Assembly (NCBI GenBank): GCA_021787985.1
Contig: JAJYLG010000008.1
Span: 2,821-66,820, forward strand
Source: Chloroflexota bacterium
GTDB lineage: Bacteria; Chloroflexota; Dehalococcoidia; DSGV01
Length of the DNA: 64,000 nucleotides
Reading direction: 5' to 3'
Shown here piece after piece: positions 15,842-25,441 of this stretch. The position numbers and the translations under genes are program-made. The notes under the pieces are model-generated. The model had not been told where the DNA came from. It was given only the letters and a program-made list of their open reading frames with translations, and did no database searches. Numbering within the stretch: the stretch's first letter is position 1; each line of letters begins with the position of its first letter.

Positions 15842-17482
15842 ATGGAATACCGAAGCCGCCGGCCGGGAGCGCAACCGTGGTTGCTCCTGCCGGCGCTTGC
15901 GCTGGTCCTGATCGTCGCGCTGCTTGCCGGGCCGGGTGGCGCTGGCTCCGGCAGAATTGGGGCGGCGGCGGATGGAACGCGGTCGCAGGGAACCAGCACA
16001 AACTTCATCACGGGCGTGCTGCCTCCGCCACCGCCCGGATCGACCGTCAACTACAATCTTGCCGGCGAACCACAGATCCGGGCAGCGGCCGACGGCAGCC
16101 TGTACATCTCCTCGGAGAACGGCCTGAGCGCGGGGACGGACGCTTGGAAGTCGACGGACGGTGGCCTGCAGTACTCGGCGCTGGCACAGCCGAACGCCAT
16201 CTCCAGCGCCAACACGAGCGCGAACAGCGGCTTTGCCCCCGGCGGGGGCGACACGGATCTTGCCATCGCACCGGTGAAGAACGGCCCGACGAGCAACGGC
16301 CAGTACAACGTGTATGTCGCCAGCTTGACGCTCGGGGACGTGACGGTGAGCGCCTCGCAGGACGGGGGCCTGACCTGGAGCTCGTCCGAGCTTGGCGCGA
16401 CGGTGCCGGCGGACGACCGAGAGTGGATCGCGGCCTACGACGCGAATATCTACTATCTTTCGTATCACAACATCGCCACGGGATTCCAGATTATCGTCAA
16501 CGAAGGCGCGCTCGTCAGCGGCGTGCCGACCACCGTGCAGACCTACTCCGCCATCAATCCGGCCCAGACCGACATCTACCTCGGGACGGCGGCGGACAAC
16601 GAGTTGGGCAACATCGCCGTCGACCCGACGAGCGGGGCGGTAGCTCAGATCTTCGTGGGCTGTCCTCCGAGCCCCACCGCCGTCGCGAGCTGCTCGAGCT
16701 TCAACACGGTGTACATGGCGGTCGGCACGCCTACGGGCGTGAACGCTGCCGGCCAGCCGATGCTCGCGTTCTGGGATTACATCGTCTACCAGGACTCGAA
16801 CCCGAACGCGAACTTCGCGAACCAGTTCCCGAACGTCGCCATCGACCGGGCGGGCAACATGTACGCGGCCTGGTCGGACGATCAGAACGTCTATGTCAGC
16901 TTTTCCCGGGACCACGGGAAGAGCTGGAGCGCGCCGCAGCGGGTGAATCAGGGCAGCGCGGTGACGGCTATCTTCCCGTGGATGGCGGCGGGCGACGCGG
17001 GCAAGGTGGACATCGTGTACTACGGTACGCCCGCGCCGCAGAATTACCAGACGTGCACGGCGGGCACGCCCGGCCAGTACGACTGCCAGAATGAGCCCTG
17101 GTACGTCTTCTTCGCGCAGGACCTGAACGCGGTTGGTGGCGGGCGCTGGCAGCAGCAGCAGGTCACCGGCGTCGTGCACTACGGCGGCGTATGTCAGGGT
17201 GGCGTCGGCTGCTCGTCCAACGGCAACGACAACCGCGATCTATACGACGACTTCGGCGTGGCAGTTAGCCCGACCACGGGACTCGCCTCCATCGCCTACA
17301 CGAGCGACCAGTGGGACGAGCTGCAGGGGACCGCCGACGCCGGGGCTTGCAGCGCGAGCCAGTCCAACACCGTGAGCTGCGTTCACACGGACTTCGCGAC
17401 GCAGGTCGGTGGTACTCCGATCTTGGGCGTCGCGGACAGCGCGCGCGCGTCGAGTCGGCGAGGACCGTACCGAGACCGCTAG
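15842..17482 (+). CDS. Secreted Asp-box/BNR (sialidase-like beta-propeller) protein
   Basis: Signal peptide, three Asp boxes (STDGGLQY, SQDGGLTW, SRDHGKSW), paired cysteines and RBS GGAGG. Confidence 0.75.
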   Translation: MEYRSRRPGAQPWLLLPALALVLIVALLAGPGGAGSGRIGAAADGTRSQGTSTNFITGVLPPPPPGSTVNYNLAGEPQIRAAADGSLYISSENGLSAGTDAWKSTDGGLQYSALAQPNAISSANTSANSGFAPGGGDTDLAIAPVKNGPTSNGQYNVYVASLTLGDVTVSASQDGGLTWSSSELGATVPADDREWIAAYDANIYYLSYHNIATGFQIIVNEGALVSGVPTTVQTYSAINPAQTDIYLGTAADNELGNIAVDPTSGAVAQIFVGCPPSPTAVASCSSFNTVYMAVGTPTGVNAAGQPMLAFWDYIVYQDSNPNANFANQFPNVAIDRAGNMYAAWSDDQNVYVSFSRDHGKSWSAPQRVNQGSAVTAIFPWMAAGDAGKVDIVYYGTPAPQNYQTCTAGTPGQYDCQNEPWYVFFAQDLNAVGGGRWQQQQVTGVVHYGGVCQGGVGCSSNGNDNRDLYDDFGVAVSPTTGLASIAYTSDQWDELQGTADAGACSASQSNTVSCVHTDFATQVGGTPILGVADSARASSRRGPYRDR

Positions 17483-17736
17483 GGAGGGCGAGCGAGGTCG
17501 GAGGCCGCGGGCGTGCCGCGGCCTCCGGCGCTGCCTAGCTCGAGTGATGGGGTGGGTCTTTGTGCCCCGATGGCACGGCGGCGCTCCCGGCGGGGCCCTT
17601 GTCGGCCCTTTGGGAAGTGGCACGGCTGGGGGAGTGTAACCGTGGGCCACGCGGCCGGTTTCCGTCAAGGCCGCCGCCGGACGTTCGCGGAGCCGCCGAG
17701 TAAGATGACGGTGGGTTTCGGTTTCGGGTTCGCCGC

Positions 17737-17821
17737 GCCGGGGTGGCGGAACTGGCAGACGCGGCAGACTTAAAATCTGCGGCCGGAAGGCATGCGGGTT
17801 CGAATCCCGCCCCCGGCACCA
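17737..17821 (+). tRNA. tRNA-Leu (anticodon TAA), CCA encoded
   Basis: Acceptor stem GCCGGGG/CCCCGGC, anticodon arm GCAGA-CTTAAAA-TCTGC, long variable arm, GGTTCGAATCC T-loop and 3' ACCA. Confidence 0.95.
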
Positions 17822-17832
17822 TCTCGCGACAA

Positions 17833-17853
17833 CCGGGCCGTTTTCCGGCCCGG
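17833..17853. terminator. Hairpin downstream of tRNA-Leu
   Basis: CCGGGCCG-TTTTC-CGGCCCGG forms an 8-bp stem. Confidence 0.4.
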
Positions 17854-18145
17854 GCCGCCGCGGAGCGTCGGCAGGCCGTAGCGCGCGTTGCCCCACGCTC
17901 CCTCCCCGGTTGCGTGAATCCCGCCTGATCCTGATCACTCGCTGTGGGGCGACGCCCTACAGCGGAGACGGAGGTTGCCCGACAGCGCGGACGGCCGATG
18001 TCCGCTCGCGTCCGGCATACTCGCTTGACAGCGGGCGGCACGATGGAGGCGAAAGACCAAGGCAGGGGGAGATGGTTGCGCCGCCGGCCGGCGGACCGTC
18101 CGGCCGGACCGCGGGCGATGGCGGCGCGCAGCGGGGGGAGGGCGG

Positions 18146-19228
18146 ATGAGCCGCGTCTGCTTCGAGGGGGTGACGAAGCGCTTCGGCGACGTCGTCGCGG
18201 TGGACGACCTGCGCCTGGAGGTCGCGGATCGCGAGTTCCTGGTGCTGGTCGGCCCGTCGGGCTGCGGTAAGACGACGGTTCTGCGGCTGGTCGCCGGCCT
18301 CGACGAGCCGGACGCCGGCCTCATCCACATCGGCGATCGCCTGGTGAACGGTGTGGAGCCAAAGGACCGGGACGTGGCGATGGTCTTCCAGAGCTACGCG
18401 TTGTACCCGCACATGACCGTGCGGCGGAACATGGAGTTCCCATTGCGCACGCGGCGGGTGCCGAAGGAGGAGCGCGCGCGCCTGGTAGGTGAGGCAGCGG
18501 AAACGCTCGGCCTGGTCGACCTGCTCGGTCGCAGGCCATCGCAGCTTTCCGGGGGGCAGCGCCAGCGCGTGGCGCTCGGCCGCGCGATCGTCCGGCGTCC
18601 CGCGGTCTTTCTGATGGACGAGCCGCTCTCCAACCTGGACGCAAAGCTACGCGCGCAGACACGCGCCGAGCTGATCGAGCTCCATCGGCGGCTTCAGACC
18701 ACCGTGCTCTACGTCACGCATGACCAGGTGGAAGCGATGACCATGGGCTCGCGCATCGCCGTGATGGACCGCGGCGCGCTGCAACAGGTGGGCCGGCCGC
18801 AGGAGGTCTACGAGCGGCCGGCGAACGTCTTCGTGGCGCAGTTCATCGGCAGCCCGCCGACGAACCTGGTGCGTGGCTCGGTGGAGCGGGAGGGCGAGAC
18901 GCTGGTCGTGCGGGTGCCGGGCGGCGTTGTGCCGCTCACTCCCGACCGCGCGGCCGTCGTGAGCGAGCGGTCGCTGGCCGAGGTGCTGGTGGGTGTCCGG
19001 CCGGAGCACCTCGCCGTCGATGCCGGGCCAGTGGCGGCGACCGTGCGTGTCGTGGTCTCTCTGGGGCACGAGCGACAAGGAGTGTTCGCGTTGGACGACG
19101 GGCAGCTCGTCGTGGCGCGGATGGCAACGGACGGGCCAGGACTCCGAGAGGGCGCCCGCGTGCAGTTGATGGCGCGGCCCGAGCATGTGCATCTGTTCGA
19201 CCCGGCGACCGGAACGCGGTTGGGATGA
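18146..19228 (+). CDS. ugpC: Carbohydrate/G3P ABC ATPase (UgpC/MalK family)
   Basis: GPSGCGKTT, VFQSYALYPHMTV, LSGGQRQRVALGRA, DEPLSNLDAKLR and a TOBE tail. Confidence 0.85.
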   Translation: MSRVCFEGVTKRFGDVVAVDDLRLEVADREFLVLVGPSGCGKTTVLRLVAGLDEPDAGLIHIGDRLVNGVEPKDRDVAMVFQSYALYPHMTVRRNMEFPLRTRRVPKEERARLVGEAAETLGLVDLLGRRPSQLSGGQRQRVALGRAIVRRPAVFLMDEPLSNLDAKLRAQTRAELIELHRRLQTTVLYVTHDQVEAMTMGSRIAVMDRGALQQVGRPQEVYERPANVFVAQFIGSPPTNLVRGSVEREGETLVVRVPGGVVPLTPDRAAVVSERSLAEVLVGVRPEHLAVDAGPVAATVRVVVSLGHERQGVFALDDGQLVVARMATDGPGLREGARVQLMARPEHVHLFDPATGTRLG

Positions 19229-20172
19229 TGGACGCGACCGGAGGGACGCCGACGGCCCGCGAGGCAGCATACCGCCGGCATGGGCTGTTCAGCCGGGCGC
19301 GGGTCCGCGAGTGGCTCTACGGGCTGGCGCTGCTCTCGCCGTCGTTCGCCTTGTTCGCGGTGTTCACCTTCTATCCGTTGGTGAAGGGCGCATACCTTGG
19401 CCTCTACCGCAGCGACCCGTTCGGGTTGCACCGGGTCTTCATCGGGTTCGACCAGTACCTGCATGTGCTGCGTTCCGGCGGCTTCCAGAGCAGCCTGGGG
19501 GTCACGTTCTGGTTCGCGGTGTACACGGTGCCGGCCGGGCTGGTCCTCGGCCTGGCGCTGGCGCTGCTCGCGCACCAGCGGCTGCGCGGGATGATCATCT
19601 ACCGCGCGGTTTTCTCCTCCACGCTCGCGTCGTCCGTCGCGGTGGCGTCGGTGATGTGGCTGACGCTGCTGAACCCGTCGGTCGGCATCCTGAACTACGG
19701 GCTGCGCGAGTCGGGCGTCGGCGCGATCCAGTGGCTGAACGACCCGCGCTGGGCGCTGCTGGCCGTCTCGCTGACGACGACCTGGCTCAACCTGAGCTTC
19801 ACCTTCATCGTCTTGCTGGCCGGGCTGCAGACGATCCCGGAGCAGATGTACGAGAGCGCGAAGATCGACGGCGCCGGGGCGTGGTCCAGATTCCGCAACG
19901 TCACGCTGCCGATGCTTTCGCCTACGATCTTCTTCTCGCTGGTGGTCCTCACGATCCGTGCATTCGAGTCGTTCGGCCAGATCGACATCCTGACGCAGGG
20001 CGGTCCGCTGAAGCGGACGAATGTGATCGTCTACTCCATCTACACGGAGGCCTTCAAGAATTTCAACGAGGGAGTGGCGGCGGCCCAGGCGATCTTCCTC
20101 TTCCTGATCATTCTGGTCCTCACGCTGGTGCAGTTCCGCTTCCTGGAACGGCGGGTGTTCTATGGCTCGTAG
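19225..20172 (+). CDS. ugpA: Carbohydrate/G3P ABC permease (UgpA-like)
   Basis: EAA loop LQTIPEQMYESAKIDGAG and multiple TM helices. Confidence 0.8.
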   Translation: MMDATGGTPTAREAAYRRHGLFSRARVREWLYGLALLSPSFALFAVFTFYPLVKGAYLGLYRSDPFGLHRVFIGFDQYLHVLRSGGFQSSLGVTFWFAVYTVPAGLVLGLALALLAHQRLRGMIIYRAVFSSTLASSVAVASVMWLTLLNPSVGILNYGLRESGVGAIQWLNDPRWALLAVSLTTTWLNLSFTFIVLLAGLQTIPEQMYESAKIDGAGAWSRFRNVTLPMLSPTIFFSLVVLTIRAFESFGQIDILTQGGPLKRTNVIVYSIYTEAFKNFNEGVAAAQAIFLFLIILVLTLVQFRFLERRVFYGS

Positions 20173-21025
20173 GGTTGTTCCGGCCATCCGCCCCGCAGGC
20201 TCGCGCCGGCGCGTCCTGGTCCGGGTCGGCCAGTACGCCCTGCTGACGCTAGCGGCGGCGCTGATCCTGGTGCCGGTCTACTTCTCCGTGGTCGATTCGC
20301 TGCTGCCGCCGGAGAAGATCTTCGCCTACCCACCGGCGCTCTGGATCACGCACCCGCAGTGGGACACCTACCGGCGGGCCTTCGAGACCGGCTCCCTAGG
20401 GCGATACCTCGTCAACAGCTTCGCCGTTTCCGCGGTCATCACGGCCGGGCAGGTGTTCACCTCGATCCTGGCGGCCTACGCCTTCGCCTTCCTGCGGTTC
20501 CCGCTGCGCAACTTCCTCTTCCTGGTCTTCCTCACCACCCTCATGGTGCCGGCCGAGGTGACCATCATCCCCAACTACCACACGGTCGCCACGCTGGGCT
20601 GGCTCGACTCGTACCAGGGGCTCACGGTGCCCTTCCTGGCGACCGCGTTCGGCACGTTCCTGCTACGGCAGGCGTTTCTCACGGTGCCGCGCGACCTGCG
20701 CGACGCGGCGGCGATCGACGGCTACGGCCACCTCGGCTTCGTGTGGCGGGTGGTTGTGCCGCTCTCGCGTCCGGTGATCGCCTCCCTCGCCGTCTTCTCC
20801 TTCTTGATGGCGTGGAACCAGTACCTGTGGCCGCTCCTCATCACGAACAGCGACGAGTACCGCACGGTGCAGATCGGGCTCAAAACGCTCGTTTCCCAGA
20901 ACCTCGACCAGTTCAACGTGGTCATGGCCGGGACCGTGGTCGCCGCGATCCCGATGTTCCTGCTCCTGGTGCTCTTCCAACGGCATCTCGTCCGCGGCCT
21001 GACCGCGGGCGCGATCAAGGGGTAA
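20162..21025 (+). CDS. ugpE: Carbohydrate/G3P ABC permease (UgpE-like)
   Basis: PRDLRDAAAIDG, AWNQYLWPLL and GLTAGAIKG. Confidence 0.8.
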   Translation: MARRVVPAIRPAGSRRRVLVRVGQYALLTLAAALILVPVYFSVVDSLLPPEKIFAYPPALWITHPQWDTYRRAFETGSLGRYLVNSFAVSAVITAGQVFTSILAAYAFAFLRFPLRNFLFLVFLTTLMVPAEVTIIPNYHTVATLGWLDSYQGLTVPFLATAFGTFLLRQAFLTVPRDLRDAAAIDGYGHLGFVWRVVVPLSRPVIASLAVFSFLMAWNQYLWPLLITNSDEYRTVQIGLKTLVSQNLDQFNVVMAGTVVAAIPMFLLLVLFQRHLVRGLTAGAIKG

Positions 21026-21030
21026 GGACG

Positions 21031-22443
21031 ATGAACCGGCTCTCATCTTGTGCGCTCCGACTGGCCGAGGTGCTGCTGGCCGTGGTCGTGGGGCTCGCGG
21101 CTGCCTCCTGCGGAGGTAGGGCCAAGCCCACGGCGACGCCGACCCCGACCCCGCCCCCCTGCCCGACCGGTCTGCTCGGCAACGTCACTTCACCGGTCGA
21201 TATCACCCTGTGGCACAGCATGACGGCGGCCAACCAGGACACGCTCGCCCGCCTGGTTGACCGGTTCAACGCAGCGCAGGACAAGGTCCGGGTCAAGCTC
21301 GTGTTCCAGGGGAGCTACACGGAGCTGCGGAACAAGTACGTGGCCGCGCTCAGCGGAGGCGAGCTGCCCGACGTGGTCCAGATGGAGGACATCTCCACGC
21401 AACTGATGATCGACAGCGGCAGCGCCGTGCCCGCCCAGTACTGCGTCGATGCCGATAAGTACGACCTATCGGATTTCCTACCGCGGGTGCTCGCCTACTG
21501 GACGGTCGAGGGCAAGCTCTGGGCGATGCCCTTCAACGTCTCGGTCCCGCTGCTCTACTACAACAAGACCGCGTTCGTGAAGGCGGGTCTCGATCCGAAC
21601 AAGGCGCCGGCCTCGCTCGCGGAGGTGCAGGCCGACTCGCAGAAGATCGTCTCTTCGGGTGCCGCGCGCCACGGGATCGCCCTCGAGCTCAGCCCGTTCT
21701 ACGTCGAGCACTGGTTCGCCGGCGCCGACCAGCCGCTCGTGGACAGCGACAACGGCCGTGCCGGCCGTGCGAGGAAGGTACTGTTCAACGGTCCGCTCGG
21801 GCTGCGGATCTTCACCTGGCTCCAGGAGATGGTCGCCAGCAAGCTCGCGCTTGACGTGGGACTCAACCCGCAGGGGTCGCAGCAGTATCTGGCGGTAGCG
21901 ACGGGCGACGCGGCGATGACGATCGGCACGTCGGCGGCGCTGGGATCAATCATGGCGGTGCTGCAGAGCGGGCAGTTCAAGGACGTGTCGATCGGGGTGG
22001 CGCCGCTGCCCGGCGTCAACGGCACCGGGGCAGTGCTGGTGGGTGGCGCCGCGCTGTGGGTCGTCGGCCGCTCCACGCCGGTCAAGCAGGAGGCGGCGCG
22101 CCGGTTCATTCGCTGGCTGCTCGAGCCACAACAGCTTGCCGAGTGGGCGGCAGGCACCGGCTACCTGCCGATCCGTAGGTCGGCGGTGGAGCTCCCGGCC
22201 ATCCAGCAGCTCTGGAGCAAGCTGCCGGAGTTCAAGACGGCCTACGACGAGCTGCTGGTCGGCGGCACGGGTGTGGCGAGTTCCGGGCCGGTGATCGGGG
22301 CGTATGGCCAGGTTCGTAACGCGATCGCCGGTGGGATGGAGGCGATGTGGGTCGGCGGGGCGACGCCGCAGGCGGCGCTGACGCAGGCCGCGAGCAACGC
22401 GGACGCCGCCATCGCCGACTACAACAGCCGCGTGGGCAGGTAG
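21031..22443 (+). CDS. ugpB: ABC substrate-binding lipoprotein (UgpB-like, family 1)
   Basis: Lipobox AASC, PT linker, ITLWHSM and MPFNVSVPLLYYNK. Start taken at ATG 21031. Confidence 0.8.
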   Translation: MNRLSSCALRLAEVLLAVVVGLAAASCGGRAKPTATPTPTPPPCPTGLLGNVTSPVDITLWHSMTAANQDTLARLVDRFNAAQDKVRVKLVFQGSYTELRNKYVAALSGGELPDVVQMEDISTQLMIDSGSAVPAQYCVDADKYDLSDFLPRVLAYWTVEGKLWAMPFNVSVPLLYYNKTAFVKAGLDPNKAPASLAEVQADSQKIVSSGAARHGIALELSPFYVEHWFAGADQPLVDSDNGRAGRARKVLFNGPLGLRIFTWLQEMVASKLALDVGLNPQGSQQYLAVATGDAAMTIGTSAALGSIMAVLQSGQFKDVSIGVAPLPGVNGTGAVLVGGAALWVVGRSTPVKQEAARRFIRWLLEPQQLAEWAAGTGYLPIRRSAVELPAIQQLWSKLPEFKTAYDELLVGGTGVASSGPVIGAYGQVRNAIAGGMEAMWVGGATPQAALTQAASNADAAIADYNSRVGR

Positions 22444-22687
22444 CGAACGGTCGCAATCCCGCGCGGGCGTTTTGCGCCGCCGCGCCGTGCGGCGCGGGCG
22501 GTGAGCTGGCCGAGCGGACCGCCCGCGAGGTGCGGTTTCGGGGTAACGCGCGGCTATTTGCCAGCGGTATGACGGGTAAACCGTGGTCGGCCACCGCCTC
22601 TTGGCCGTGTCGGGCTTCGGTTCTCTGCCGGACGAGCGGGGTTGTGCGACGGGATGTCGCCCCCGGTCCCGGCCTGGGAGGTGACCT

Positions 22688-23326
22688 ATGCGTCACGCAA
22701 GCCGATTCGTGCTGCTGCTCACTGCCTCCAGCGTCATCGCCCTCGGAGGGTATCTCGTTGCGCTGGCGTGGCTGCGCGGTGGCTCAAGGGTGCTCAGCAT
22801 CGGCGGACTCAACGCCAGCCTGGGCGTCAGCGGAGGCTCGCTGGCCCGGGGAGCGCTCACGGCGGCGGTTGCGGCGGTCAGTGGCCTGATCGTCGCGGCG
22901 ATCGTGACCGAGCTGCTCCCTCGGCGTGACGCCCGCCTGCGCTTGCGCGGACCCGACGGGCGCTGGCTGCCGGTGCCGCGCGCGACGGTGGAGGCGCGCC
23001 TTGCCGAAGACGCCCGTTCGGTGGCCCACGTGCTCGGCGCGACGGCCTGCGCTCGCGCGCGCCATGGGCGGGTGTCGGCAACGGTGACGGTGCAGGTGGA
23101 CCGCTACGCGGCGTTGCCGCGGCTCATCGACGAGATCCGGACGGCAATGCGGGAGGGCCTGCGGACACACGTGGGCGTCGAGCTGACGTCGCTGCCCGAC
23201 ATCGTGGCGCTCTACGAGGACCTGGGGGTGGAGCAGCGGCACACCAGAGTTTCGGAGCAGGTCGCCATGGCGCTCGCGGGCGAGGCGCCAGAGCCATCGC
23301 CCCTGGTCGCCGCGCGCGACCGGTAA
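22688..23326 (+). CDS. Alkaline shock response membrane anchor (AmaP/Asp23-Gls24-like)
   Basis: Two N-terminal TM helices followed by an Asp23-like domain (ATVEARL...VQV...L..L.DEIR..MREGL...VGV). Confidence 0.6.
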   Translation: MRHASRFVLLLTASSVIALGGYLVALAWLRGGSRVLSIGGLNASLGVSGGSLARGALTAAVAAVSGLIVAAIVTELLPRRDARLRLRGPDGRWLPVPRATVEARLAEDARSVAHVLGATACARARHGRVSATVTVQVDRYAALPRLIDEIRTAMREGLRTHVGVELTSLPDIVALYEDLGVEQRHTRVSEQVAMALAGEAPEPSPLVAARDR

Positions 23327-23374
23327 GACGCCGGCGCGCCGGCCCCGCGGCCGCGTCCCGGCGACTGAGCGGAG

Positions 23375-24307
23375 CTACGCCCGCAGCGCGGCGCGGAGGG
23401 CGGCAGCGACGTCGTCCACGGCGCGGCGGCCCTGGCTCAGCATCCCGCCGAGCTGGAAGAAGCCGTGGATCATGCCGTCATAGCGCTTGAGCGTGACCGG
23501 CACGCCGGACCCCGCGAGGCGTCCGGCGTACGCTTCGCCCTCGTCGCGCAGCGGGTCGAACTCGGCGGTGATCACCAGCGCCGGTGGCAGGCCGTGCAGG
23601 TCCGCGGCGCGCAACGGCGAGGCATAGGGCCGCTCACCGTCGGCCGGGCTGTGCAAGTAGTGGCTCCAGAACCACTCCATGCCGCTGCGGGTGAGCAGGT
23701 ATCCGTCGCCGTTGGCGCGGTATGATCCGGAGTCGAGGTTGAAGTCGGTCACCGGATAGATCAGGAGCTGGAAAGCGAGTCGCGGGCCGCCGCGGTCGCG
23801 CATGGCGAGCGCCACCGCGGCGGCCAAGTTGCCGCCGGCGCTGTCGCCGCCGATGGCGATGCGGTCGAGGTCCACGCCGAGCGCGTTGGCATTCTCGGCG
23901 ACCCAGCGCGTGGCCGCATAGCAGTCCTCCAGCGGGGTGGGGAACTTGTGCTCGGGCGCGAGCCGGTAGTCGACCGAGACGGCCACACATCCGGCGCGGT
24001 TCACCAGCGCGCGGACCGGCACATCGACCGTCTCCAGGTTGCCGATGACCCAGCCGCCGCCGTGGAGGTAGACGAGCACGGGCAACGCCCCGCGATCCGG
24101 CGGGCGGTAGACACGGACCGCGATCTGGCCCGCCGGCCCCGAGATGCGGCGGTCCTCGACGGACGCGACGGGCTCGGGCGGGCCCGCCAACTCGCGGAGC
24201 GCCTGGAAGCTCTCCCGCGCCTGCTCCACCGTCTGTTGCTCGACCGGCGGCGCCCCGGCTTGACGAAGCGCCTCGAGCAGGGCCGTTGCTTCAGGATCGA
24301 GCGGCAT
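23375..24307 (-). CDS. Alpha/beta hydrolase, HSL-family esterase/lipase
   Basis: HGGG oxyanion motif, GDSAGG nucleophile, EFDPLRDEG and MIHGF. Confidence 0.92.
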   Translation of the reverse strand: MPLDPEATALLEALRQAGAPPVEQQTVEQARESFQALRELAGPPEPVASVEDRRISGPAGQIAVRVYRPPDRGALPVLVYLHGGGWVIGNLETVDVPVRALVNRAGCVAVSVDYRLAPEHKFPTPLEDCYAATRWVAENANALGVDLDRIAIGGDSAGGNLAAAVALAMRDRGGPRLAFQLLIYPVTDFNLDSGSYRANGDGYLLTRSGMEWFWSHYLHSPADGERPYASPLRAADLHGLPPALVITAEFDPLRDEGEAYAGRLAGSGVPVTLKRYDGMIHGFFQLGGMLSQGRRAVDDVAAALRAALRA

Positions 24308-24369
24308 CGATCGTCCTTTCCTCCTCGATCGCCGGCGGCCCGGTCGTTCCGCTCACGACTGGGCGGCCG

Positions 24370-25317
24370 TCAATCGCGCCGGGCGGTGATGCGTTCCACC
24401 TCCTGGGCCTCATCGGCGGTCATCTTCCATTCCAGGGCGCGCACGTTCTGCTCGACCTGCTCTGGGGATGTCGCACCGGCGATCACCACGTCCACGGCCG
24501 GACGAGTGGCGAGCCACGCGAGGGCGATCTCCACCATCGGTCTGCCAGCCGATTCGGCGAAGCGCCGTACCGCCTCGACGACCTGCCAGTTGCGGTCTGT
24601 CAGGAACCGCGAGGCGTTGGGGCCGGAGAGCGCCAGCCGCGTGCCTGCGGGGAGCGGCTCGCCCTGGCGGTACTTGCCCGTGAGCAGTCCGGACGCCAGG
24701 GGGTAGTACGGGATCAGGCTCAGCCCGTACTTCTCGCAGACGGGCGTGAGCTCGCGCTCGACGCGTCGGTCGAGCAGGCTGTACTGGTCTTGCGTCGAGA
24801 CGAGCTTGGCTCCGTGGAACGCGCGCGCGGTCCACTGCGCCTCGACGACCTGCCAGGCGGGAAAGTTCGAGCAGCCGATGTAGCGCACATGCCCCGCCCG
24901 GACGAGGTCGTCCAGCGCCCGCATGGTCTCCTCGATCGGGGTGTGTGGATCCGGGAAGTGAATCTGGTAGAGGTCGATGTAGTCCGTCCGCAGCCGGCGC
25001 AGGCTGTCACGGCAGGCGTCCACGATGTGGCGGCGCGAGGCGCCCGTGCTGAGGGGGTCGTCGCCCATCGGGCTACCGACCTTGCTGGCCAGCACGACCT
25101 GGTGCCGGTGACCCTCGAGCGCCTGGCCGAGGTACTCCTCGCTGAGCCCCCGCGGCCCGTAGACGTCCGCTGTGTCGAAGAAGGTGACGCCCAGGCCGAG
25201 CGCACGCTCGACGATGGCGGCGGTAATGCGCGCGTCGCACCGCCGGCCGAAGTTGTTGCAGCCGAGGCCGGCGACCGAGGTCTTGAGCCCGGTCGCCCCG
25301 AGATTGCGGTGCTCCAT
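24370..25317 (-). CDS. Aldo/keto reductase
   Basis: GLGCNNFG, FFDTADVYG, LASK, LRTDYIDLYQIH and IGCSN. Start taken at ATG 25317. Confidence 0.92.
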   Translation of the reverse strand: MEHRNLGATGLKTSVAGLGCNNFGRRCDARITAAIVERALGLGVTFFDTADVYGPRGLSEEYLGQALEGHRHQVVLASKVGSPMGDDPLSTGASRRHIVDACRDSLRRLRTDYIDLYQIHFPDPHTPIEETMRALDDLVRAGHVRYIGCSNFPAWQVVEAQWTARAFHGAKLVSTQDQYSLLDRRVERELTPVCEKYGLSLIPYYPLASGLLTGKYRQGEPLPAGTRLALSGPNASRFLTDRNWQVVEAVRRFAESAGRPMVEIALAWLATRPAVDVVIAGATSPEQVEQNVRALEWKMTADEAQEVERITARRD

Positions 25318-25441
25318 CAGCGGCGATCTCCCAACGCACGGTCGCTGGCGTCCTCCGGACGGCAACCGCGACGGAGCACAGCGTACCATCCGCTGGCGGC
25401 GGGCGTGCCCGCGGCAGTCAGCCCGCGCACCGCCGCGGGGG

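Noticed and set aside
17737-17900. tRNA-Leu as an integration site for a genomic island
   Set aside because: No integrase, transposase or duplicated tRNA 3' end was found in the window.
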